Shown here in pieces: positions 44,958 to 55,145 of a stretch of 64,000 nt of DNA. The number at the start of each line of letters is the position of its first letter. Position 1 is the stretch's first letter. This DNA comes from Eledone cirrhosa (taxonomy: Eukaryota). The stretch is from positions 205,034,001-205,098,000 of the forward strand of contig OZ024741.1 of NCBI GenBank assembly GCA_964016885.1. Direction: 5' to 3'. The notes below the pieces were generated by a model. It saw only the letters and a program-made list of their open reading frames with translations, was not told the DNA's origin and did no database searches. A program made the position numbers and the translations under genes.

Positions 44958-44990
<33 letters not shown>

Positions 44991-45094
44991 TTCTTCTTCT
45001 TCATCTTCATTATTGTCATCTTCAAATAGATATTGAAACGAAAAGAAATTTAATAAAAAAAAACAGCATAATTAAGTAAGAGATAATACTTCTT

Positions 45095-45870
45095 TCATTG
45101 GTGATGCAGTGCTTGGGTCCCATTGGTTAATAAGCTTTCATCCTGTTGGTCAAAAAGTCATCAACAGTAGATATGACGTCATCATCACTGCAATACTAGT
45201 TCCCAGCCAAGTGTTTTTTCATGTTGGGGAACAGATGATAGTCAGATGGGGCCAAATCAGAATAGAGAGGGTGATCAACCAGTTCAAAGCCACAGTGCTG
45301 CACAGCAGCCATTGAAACCAAGGACTTGTGTGCTGGAGTATTGTCCTGATGAAACAAGACCCCTTTCTTTAATTTTCCTGGACGTTTGTTGTTGATAGGT
45401 TTTCGTAATTGACTTAGCAATTAATGGTGTGGTCCTTTGGAAGACAGTCAATAAATACAATGTCTTTTTCATCCCATAAATTGAGGCCATGACCATCCTT
45501 GTAGATGAAACAACCTTGGCCTTCTTTGGAGCAGGTGATGAAGGGTATTTCCATTGCATGGATAGTTTCTTTGTTTCTGGCTCAAAGTGATGAATCCAAT
45601 ACTCATCCTGAGTTAGGAAATGTTCAAGAAAACAGCTGAATCTGCCTCAAACAATGCCCAATTTTCCTGTGATATGATCAGCCTGGTGCACTTTTGATTA
45701 GGTGTCAGAAGACGTGGCACCCACCAAGCAGAAACCTTCATCATGCCAAATTCATTGTGCAGAATATTCTCAACTCTCGCACGGGATATGCTAATAGCAT
45801 TGGCTATTTGAGTTATCAAATGTGATGAACACGATCAATGTTTTCCTTGGTGGTGGCAGTTGCAGTTCTT
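45095..45870 (-). mobile_element. Degenerate mariner transposase remnant
   Basis: Motifs WVPRLLT, FHQDNTPAH and HPLYSDLAPSDYHLF in broken frames. Confidence 0.92.
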
Positions 45871-47646
45871 CCATAGATTCAGCTATGAGGACCAGATCAT
45901 TGGCATATAGAAGTTCTCATTGGCAACCAGTCTTAAACTCTGCTTATGACCTGGAGGACTAGAAACAGAAGCAGGCTAAGAACTGAACCCTGATGCACCC
46001 CTAACTGTACCTTGAATTCCTCACTAAACTCATTTCTTATTCACACTTTACGTTCGGCTTACACTGCTCTTACAAACCACTCTTCTACACCTAGTTCCCT
46101 TAGTCAAAGGTATTGAAATTCTAATTTGAGAGCAAAACATTTTACTATACATACCTACTGTAGGTGGTTTGTTGTTTTAAGCTAAAACACATAACTATAC
46201 AGACTTCACTTCAACAGTTAAGAGCAAGTACTAGGGAAACATCATCATCGTTTAGCAATAGTCTATCTATTCAAGGAGACATTTGTGTCTCATCCATTCA
46301 GCACAACTTAAACTAGAATTAACTTTGTCATTGCCATATTTCTAATGAATGACACTGCCTTTGATTTTCAAATCATTTTGAAAATAATCAAGAATTTGAA
46401 GGGCTTTAATAATATAACTGATTGTTTCATTAATCAATGAGTGTTTGGGTCATAACTTAAAGGTTCTTACATAAAATTAAGATGGAAGGTTTTTAGAGAA
46501 AACATGAACATTTAAAAATAAACAGCTTTGTATGGTAGAACCAGGGCTGGTTTCTAGTGGTTTTGTATCAAAAAGGTTAAATAGCACCATATTCTTTAGT
46601 CACTTATGTTTTGTGTAAGGGTTAATTAGCTAAGTAACCATATAACCATCACTAATGGCAACATATCAGTTTTGCTGTTAGAAAAGTCTTTAATGTTGGT
46701 CATACAATCTTCAGTCCTTTGTTTCCACCATGACAATGAATTAAATTCTCATTTGTGCTGATAAAAAGTTTGCCTGCTAGAATTAGTAACCTAATATTCT
46801 TCAAATCACTTATTGCTAACCAATGACTGAAACTAGTAAGTAAAATAAGGAAAAAAAAATGAAAATATGTTTGTTTACATCGGATATGATGCTCTTCTTA
46901 ACACCAATAATGTATTTAAAAACAGAATAAGATTGACAATAACAGTAAGTATAATAACAATGAACTTACATGGATGGTTTGTTTCTAACATCACAGGAAC
47001 AGTATTTATATTTTCATCAATCTCTAATGTCTAAAAATTAGAAAAATATATATATGTACAATATTTAATCTTTCCCCTCATTATCCTAGCTATACTCATT
47101 AAATAAAAAAAATGTCCCCCTCCCATTATTATCATTCCATATATACTTGAATATGGCATGTTATTCATTGTCTGGATAGCCTTAATGAAGAAAACTTATC
47201 ATCAAAAGCATTCCAGCAGCAGTAACTATCCCATTTGTTTTTGTAGGAATTAGGACTACATTAAAAAAGAGACGAGATTGTTCTAATCTTGTAAAGCCTC
47301 TGCAGTGAAGTCTATGCTAGGTGTCTGGCAGAGATGTAGGGATATTGTTAAGTCCAAACATACCCGACAATTTAAAAAAGGACACATTGAATAGTGTAAT
47401 CCAAGCAACATTGTGCACTCCCCTCTCTAATAATAGGATAGTCACAACTGGAACACCTTTAATCATAGATCTAATTAACCAGGACCAACTTAGAACTAAA
47501 AAATAACTTTTCTTTCTTAGGGAGCTAAGAGTTTCCCGCTGCTTAATGGCTTCAGGTCAAGTAATCTTTTTATTCTTTTAATGGTTTAAGTCAATAGACT
47601 GCAACCATCGCCAAAGTAGAGAGGCATTCGTGTAAATCATTCAAAT

Positions 47647-48086
47647 AATTGTTTCTACTGTTGGCACAAGGCCAGCAATTATCCCAGTGTATTACTGGTA
47701 CTTTATTTTATCGACCCCATAAGGATGAAAAGCAAAGTTAACCTCGCGGGATTTGAATTCAGACCACAAAGGGCCGTAACTCTTTGCTGCAAAGCATGGC
47801 ATCTGACTCTCTACCGATACTGCGCAACAAGCTAACAAAGCAAACATCGCCAATTTGCTACCCAGTCCACACTGTAATGTGGTCGTGTAGGTGACATGAC
47901 AAAAAGCACACACTGTAAATGTGGTTGGTGTCAGGAATGGCATCCAGCTGTAGAAACCAAGCCAAAATCTGCTCTGAGTGAGCTAAACATAGTCCTCTGA
48001 CCTGATTCTTTCCCTAAAGGTCAACCCGTCCAACCCATGCCAGCGTGGAAGACGGACGTTAAACGATGATGATGATGATGATGATG
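47647..48086. mobile_element. Nin-domain SINE (-) adjoining an RTE-type 3' tail fragment (+) with (GAT)n
   Basis: 47647-47825 matches the 13115 SINE; 47865-48086 matches the 1838-2283 RTE tail. Confidence 0.75.
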
Positions 48087-48510
48087 CATTTCAAATGAAT
48101 TAACATGTAAAAGCTCTGAGATTCACAGCTGTAAAATCTGAAAATCAAGTATGAACAGATCTATGTAACTGCTGCTGGTTTTGTTACAAATGGAAGGTTA
48201 GCTAGCTTAAAACAGTATAACTGCAATAAAGAGTAACAATTTCAAATAAAAAACTTTACCTGTTTCGCTCTTTTACTAGTGCTGTCCTTGTCTTCCTTAT
48301 GACCACCTTCTTCCATAGATATTTTATGCTTTAGAGCTAGCTCTTCAACCTGAATGAAAAATAAGACAATTTTTAAAACAATTTTTTCTTTCTTGATATG
48401 GGTTGTGCAGATCTACAAATTTAGTAGTAAAAAAAAATGTATATTCCTCCAGTGTTTACCTCCAAATGTTAATACTGTTGGAATATAGGAGATAACGTTC
48501 TCTGAAACTA

Positions 48511-49221
48511 TCTACTTATATATATAACCAGCAATTTCTCTGTTTGTCTGTCCGACAGTGGAAACACGTGCGTAGAGAGAGAGTGAGAGTGAAAGAAAGA
48601 AACAGACGAGAGGGGGATAGCGGGAGGGTGAGAGAGAGTGAATAGACGCTAAAACACGTGCTATAGAAACATTACCTTCCCCTCTCCACTGACTTTGGTC
48701 ACTGAGGCCGAGGGAATCGCTGGTTGCTATAGACACCTTGCACAAGCCAGAATAACCAGTTCGAGGCGGTTCTGACTTGACACCATGCAAGGACCATGAA
48801 GAAGGTTGCCATTGAATTTGTAGTTGTTGCTGCTGATAATAAGGACCATTTGAAGAAGGTTGCTGCTGATGGGGTAATTTATTAATCAGATTGCGCAGTT
48901 CCATAACCTACGTTTGATTTGTTCAATTTTTTTTGTTGTTTTTTTTTAATTTCTTATTGAAAAAATATAAATAATAAAATAAGGTTAGAAATTTAAATAC
49001 AATTAAATACGATTTAATTTCCATTTCCAGCAGCCAATGTCCAGTGTTTAATTTCATGAAAAAATTGGAAATAAGTAAAAAAAATAGAAGTGTATCTTTT
49101 GAACATTTGTTTTGACAATAAAAAAATATTTCCTTATTCACACCTAATGGTATGATTAAAATTTCAGTATATACACTAGATTTGCTAGCAGAAAACCGCC
49201 CACCAGGTGGTTTTCTGCTAG
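48511..49221 (+). mobile_element. Non-autonomous Helitron, unit 1 of a composite
   Basis: A|TCTACTTATATATATAA start; 3' hairpin ctagcagaaaacc...ggttttctgCTAG. Confidence 0.75.
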
Positions 49222-50113
49222 TCTATATATATATAAAACTGAGGATGTCTGTCTGTGTGTGTGTGAGTTTGAATCCCTAAAACTCGAGAACTACCCAACC
49301 GACTGTTTTGAAACTTTACACATGTAATACTTATGTTTCAGGGAGTGTTCTGAGCAAAAACTGTTTCAAATTTTCGATGCCCTAGGGATCGCATTAGGCG
49401 ATTTAGCGATCTCTCTCTATAATTCTTAATCTTTCTCTTTTTAGATAGATACATACATATAACGTCGCGCCCTTATAATATCTGTCTGTATGTCTGGTTG
49501 CCTGCCGTCACTTCCCTGAGGATGTCTGTGTGTGTTTGAATCCCTAAAACTCGAGAAGTACCCAACCGACTTTTTTCAAACTTTACATGTGTATTACTTA
49601 TGTTTCAGGGAGTGTTATGCACATTCAACTTTTTGATCCCCTAGGGTCCGCATTAGTTGAAAAACTGCGTTTTTTCATGTTTTTATGGGGTTTTTTGAGT
49701 CGTTATGTCAGACTCATTTCCGTGAAATTGTAACTATGTATTAGTCAGTCTCTTCTTCATACCGTGAGCAAAGAAAATCCAACTTTTTTATGGCCTAGGG
49801 TCCGCATTAGGTGAAAAACTTCATTTTTTCAGCTTTTTAGAGCTTTTTTGAGGCGTTACGTCTAGCCGATTTTTCCCGAAATTTCAAGGCATATTATGCA
49901 CATAAAAAAAATTCATTTTCTTGATCGCATTAGGTGAAAACCTGCATTTTTCCTGCTTCATCGAGGAAAATCTTAAAGATTATCCAGCCATCAGAGTATT
50001 CGATTTATTTTCTTTACATATTGTCCAGGCATGCAGTTTTTCCACGATTAGGTCTGTTGGTGGTCCGCGTTCCAAAATACCTTATCCCGTGCAACGCCGG
50101 GTACCACTGCTTG
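49222..50113 (+). mobile_element. Non-autonomous Helitron, unit 2, with an internal duplication
   Basis: TCTATATATATATAAAA start; about 49238-49400 repeated at about 49516-49655; 3' cccgtgcaacgccggg hairpin then CTTG|T. Confidence 0.8.
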
Positions 50114-50394
50114 TAGACAATAAAATTACCAGATGAATTAATATATAACTTTCATCAAGATGAATGGAACGACCAAAAGTTTTCATTTTTGACGACTGTG
50201 TGCACAGTGGTGAGTTAAGTGGAGATGGGGGAAGTAGAGTTTGAGAAGGGGTATTATTAACTTACAAAATTATCTTGGTTTAGAAGTGATAGGTAAGATA
50301 TTGTGTCAAGTTAATAGAGATATTTTTGGCAGTGGACTTAGAATAGAAAGCCTGACAGAAATTTGGGAGGTGAGAAATCATGCTGTCTTACAGA

Positions 50395-50700
50395 TGTCAC
50401 TCTACCAGTGACACGTTCCCCGACTCCAACTTAGTTGGCCACAAACCCTGGTAGTGGGGCCCGCTATGCAGAGGAAAGGAAGATAAATACCAGAGATTGT
50501 CCGGCCGCTTCCTCTTCGCGCCAGTCGCTGTCGCGACCTCAGGCGTACTTGGACCAAGTTCTGCCGAGCTCCTCCGCAAGATTGGAACGTCGTAGGTCCG
50601 TCTGAGGAAGGAGCCCCGCGAGGTAGGTTGGCTGTTGCAGCGGGTGTCGCTGACCATTGTCCGTGGGGCGCAACTCCATTAACGCCGCACTCTAGGCCCA
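50395..50700 (+). mobile_element. 3' fragment of a CRE-clade (restriction-like endonuclease) non-LTR retrotransposon
   Basis: Plus strand reads KEDKYQRLSGRFLFAPVAVATSGVLGPSSAELLRKIG...EPREVGWLLQRVSLTIVRG, matching KxxKY..FxPxAxETxG..LxQRxSxAxxRGN. Confidence 0.8.
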
Positions 50701-51576
50701 GAGCTCAATCAACCACCCCTCCCTCATTCTTCCGTGACACTAGAGCCATTGCCTTTCCCTTCCTTTTTCGATTTTTTACATTCCATTCTTTTTTCTCAAT
50801 CTAAATTTTTTTTTCTTTTTCTATTAAATTGTATTTATATGATATATTTTTACATAGAATAAAATATTTAAAACTATTCTCTCATTTAAGAAACTATCTC
50901 ATCTCGCGAATTACATCTTGCTGTCTAAAATAAAATAAAAATGTACAAAAAGACGAAATGTTCGTGCTTGTAACGTTTCTCATCATAAGTCTACCGGATC
51001 AAGGTTATCAACAAAGAGAAAGAAAATCCTCCTTTAGGAGCTTATTTCTTATTTTAGATCGAAAAACACAATATTCTGTAACTATTAAGCATATATTTCA
51101 CAGTAATATAGTATATATATTATATACTTACTTTTAAACGACTTAATTGATCTTCGTGAAGTTCTATAATTGATTTTATATATTTTTCTTCCCATTTTAA
51201 CTGATGAAGTTGTTTTTGATGACACTCCGCGTTCGACATAATTAAAAAGAAGAGTTACTCTCTACTTATGAGAAAACTATCCGAAGTTTTCATCCTAGAT
51301 ATACTATCCCACTTAAAATTGAATCAAAATTTATTAATAAAGTTAGTGTCAACATATTTAATGGGAACAATAAACGGCTAACTAGAACAGTATCTAAACA
51401 GAAACCTAAATAAGAATAACCAAGTAAACCGTTTCCAAGATAGAAACGGAAGTAAGAGAAGACAACTCTCATTACCGTCAATATTTTTAAATATATTATT
51501 AGTTATAAATATTGTTATACTTCAGGGAGGGTCATGATGCCAATATATAATACAAAAAGTATTAGTTACAAAGTTA

Positions 51577-51885
51577 TCTATGTAATATTTGCAAATGTCT
51601 GCGTATTTGTAAGTTTGTTCCACAAGCATAACGTACACTAAGGGAAGTAACTCTAAGTGAGAAACTTAAATATAAGTTTGAAAGGAAGCAACGGAGAGGA
51701 GTTCCAGCGAAAACTACTTTCTTCGCTTATTTTTTGAATTATGAATTCAGAATTAATTTCATTATGTACCTCGATTGAAAATAAATGAAATTTAGAATAA
51801 CATTTCTATACTTCATGTTTTACTTTCTTTTATTAATATATATGAACCACTTTCATTCCAAGGCAACGCCTGGTGACTCTGCTAG
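51577..51885 (+). mobile_element. Short Helitron-like element
   Basis: A|TCTATGTAATA start; 3' ccaaggcaacgcctgg hairpin then CTAG|T. Confidence 0.6.
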
Positions 51886-52463
51886 TACCTGTATAAATAT
51901 AGAGTGTGTAACCGAGACTGTATGATAAAGTTATACCTGTATAAATACAGAGTGTATATTATACACTTCGGCTGCTAGCGCTATTCTTAATATATATATA
52001 TATATATATATATTAGTTATCAGTTGTATCAACATAACATGATTCACAGTGAGACGTATATAAGTTTACTACACATTAACATATTGTGCCTTTATATACA
52101 CACAAGTATTAGTACTTTTCTTTTACAGAACTGAAGACTTATAGGAAAAAGATAGAAGAAACATAAATCTGAGAAGTGACATACTAATCTCAGAGGTTTG
52201 TAATAATGCCACTAAAAAAATTGAAAGAAAAACATTTAATTAAAATAATCATAAAAACAAACAAAATATAATTATTGTAAAAATAGATAAAGAAAAAAAT
52301 TGAATTAAAATCTAGTAATAAGTATATTTTAAACTCTAAAGTAATATAGTCAAATTCAAACAATTAACATGTCAGGAAATGCAAAGTTGTCTAAGTTATT
52401 AACATGCTTCAACATATTTGTGTTCCAGCATATCCACAGCTGATGGGCTAGAACAGGTAAAAG

Positions 52464-52603
52464 CAGTGCCGGATTTACCATTGTGCTTAGGCACAGGGCC
52501 CCATGCCATCTTCATGTCCCCCAAAGTTTTTACGATGAATTTTTTTTTATGTTTGGGGCCTCATAACTACCACAGGGCCTGATTTGTCCTAAATCCGACA
52601 CTG
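52464..52603. mobile_element. hAT-type MITE
   Basis: 14-bp TIRs cagtgccggattta / taaatccgacactg (one mismatch); perfect 8-bp TSD GGTAAAAG on both sides. Confidence 0.9.
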
Positions 52604-53009
52604 GGTAAAAGACTATTATAATAAATGTTGAGATTTAGTCACCTTCTTGAATTTTATAAGTTGACAATTATTGCTATTATCCAAAATGTTTATCAACTAG
52701 ACAATAAGTCTCTCTTTCCAGATATAATTTAATTTATTATATCGAAATAAACGATGTACACGAAATTGCATAATAGCAAAGTTCACATTTTCACCCAAAC
52801 AAATATGCTGACAATATAGATAGCTTGAAATTACAAACACAACTGCCATAGCTGTAAAATTCCAACATATACACAGATATATCTATTAGTTAATTATATA
52901 AATACGTAAATATAGATTCAAAATGAAAGAAAATATTGAATCAACACTAAGTGTGTCAATCGGTCACACACAAGGGGTGCCGGAACCCCTCTTTAATATT
53001 TTTTTAGGC

Positions 53010-53560
53010 AAGCCGACACACGGGCAGCGTTACTGTGGGTGATAGCAATACCAAAGTGATGGAACAACCAAGTACCGTCATAGCATCATCTGACACTTCA
53101 GTAAGGCAAGCTGCGAACGATGGCAAGAACTTTGTTATCAGCAACCCGGCTCCTCCAAACCTCTCGAACGCCGCAGGCTGGAAAAAAATTTGTTGATAAT
53201 TCCCAGTATTTTAAAATATCATTTGGTTCAGCTACAGAACCAATGACTCCCATATCTACCACAGCATCCAGGACGTGCGAAAGAGTAACTGACTGTTGCC
53301 TCCCAAATGAGACATGTACCTATTACCCAGAGACAAAGGGTAAGGCCATCTGATTTCTTCCCATTAACTCTAGACAATCTAGCTGGCTCCAGAATTGGAG
53401 AAATATTTACTCAAGCCAGGGTCTGTGTAGATCATTGTTGTGAGCTCGTAAAGATGAAAGGGACTTTACTGGAGACCGGTTATTGAACTGATCGGCAGTG
53501 AAAGCACTTCTGGTGAGGCAAGTTACAAGACCAGGACTTTAGGGGTAGATCTGAAGCGGA
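53010..53560 (-). mobile_element. Degenerate CRE-clade retrotransposon endonuclease fragment
   Basis: Minus strand reads LEPARLSRVNGKKSDGLTL.LW.IGTCLIWEAT...QPAAFERFGG...FGIAITHSNAARV. Confidence 0.75.
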
Positions 53561-53759
53561 GATTTTGGTTGTTGTGAAAGATGATAAACACGACAAATAC
53601 CAATAATTCTGGTTAGATATATAACTTTAATTCACTTTAGCAAAAAGGAAAAAGAATATAATTACTTCAAATCATAAATATAACATTTGACGGTTGTATT
53701 CACAAGTGAATATAGTGTTAAAAAGGGCTTCTTTGTTGTGCTGGAGAATCTTTGTTTAA

Positions 53760-53975
53760 TATGCTACGTTCGATTAAAAAAGTGACAAGTTGTAGTCAGG
53801 CAGTATTACCAGCAGAGGTAGTAGTAAGGTTGCAGTGGCAAGAAAGCTGTGTTGTCTATATGAAGAGAGGCGGTTGACTGTATGGTTGAAGTGCCAATAG
53901 AAGAAAACAAGTGGAGTGGGACAGTGCAATGACCTCAGTTCGGTAAGGCATTCAGGCGGCACGACTAGCATTCAA
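53760..53975 (-). mobile_element. Degenerate LINE ORF2 C-terminal remnant
   Basis: HSFLATATL...LP.YNLSLF resembles the SFFPRT.LWNSLP..YNL..FK ending of Jockey/CR1-group ORF2. Confidence 0.45.
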
Positions 53976-55086
53976 GCGGCACGACTAACTATGGAGTCCT
54001 GTGGAGTCGAGGGGCCTACCACAGCGAAATTTCAGTTCCCCACAGACATCGGCTCCCTCTCTGAGTGCAATGGAGATGCGGAGCTCATTCTAGCTGAGTA
54101 GACCATCAATGTTGGCTACGGACAGGGTCTCAACCCAGTCCCCCAGAATTTTGCGCTCACAGAAATACGGTGACACCTTGAGAATCGATCAGATTGATGA
54201 AAGAGAGGTTTGAAGGCGTCACTTGAATGCAGATTGTCCTAAACTTTCTGCTTCAGTCAATCCACTTCAATATCTGGAACTGACAAACCTAACTTACTCT
54301 ATGAGTTCCATGTCACGGTCGGTAATGAAATAAAAACACGTGAGTAAATAGATCTATTTGTATTTACGAGCAAAGGAAAGCAACCGACGTAGTAATGTAA
54401 CATTTTGTGCACAAATATTGTATCAGTCCGATTCTTACCAACTGACCAGGCAGCGAATTTACGGTATGCGTCCTGGCTCTCTGCGCTTTGAGTTAAAATG
54501 CTGTCACGGTTAATTTAATCTTTCTCTGGAAGAAATTGGCTTTGTTCTGACCTGGAGAAGGATCGGCTTCGCCAGATTTAAATGCCTTAGTCATACCGTA
54601 TGATACGACGACGCCCCTACGACTCTACCACTAGTTAAGGGGTCCCGACGCTACAGTTTCTAACAGGAACCAATTTATTTTTTCTGTGTTTGTAAGAAGT
54701 GAGATTTTTTTTTAAATCGAGAGGACGTCTAATGAAAGATTTTCTCCCTACCAGTATTACCAGTTAGATTTTCTATGATTATTCTGCACGTACCTTACAA
54801 AACAACGAAAATAACTTGTATTCAGTCATGAGAAGATAAGATTGGAAACTCGTTCGTATTCTACTGTATATTCTATATTTAAATGAAGTAATTCCGTCAA
54901 GAAGGTACAGGAAAAAAGAGTGCTCTATGTAGGCTACAGAGCTTATTTTGTATTTACTGTAGAGTTGTCTTTCCTTGCGTATTTCCGTTTCTGATTAGAA
55001 AACGTTTTTCTCTGGTATTAGAGGCAATAATTGTATTATTATTTTCTTTTAGATCAGTTAAGTGTTGCTATTTCCCCCCAGCAAAA

Positions 55087-55145
55087 ATGACAGAAAATGA
55101 AGTGTGTGGATCAGCCACAAATCTGGATGTGCACATTGAATACTG
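55087..55145 (+). CDS. MIEN1: MIEN1/SelW2-like coding exon 1 (MTENEVCGSATNLDVHIEY, first two bases of Cys)
   Basis: aaaATG start, donor TG|gtaaat (phase 2); upstream acceptors ending at 55052 and 55081 suggest a 5' UTR exon. Confidence 0.88.

Larger units (their letters stand above)
41570..54330 (-). other. Candidate spliced minus-strand transcript (lncRNA or divergent small-protein gene)
   Basis: Minus-strand segments bounded by AG acceptors and GT donors: 52643-52696, 48260-48349, 42423-42510 and 41570-41640; strong donor at 54297; no homology recognised. Confidence 0.3.

Noticed and set aside
44876-45079. Poly-His ORF
   Set aside because: Translation of a (CAT)n/(CTT)n microsatellite
50397-50657. 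GC-rich 86-aa minus-strand ORF as a first exon or CpG-island gene
   Set aside because: The plus strand encodes CRE-type endonuclease motifs, so the ORF is an antisense shadow of a retrotransposon remnant
52129-52166. Plus-strand acceptor followed by LKTYRKKIEET*
   Set aside because: No convincing upstream exon or homology; likely chance in AT-rich DNA
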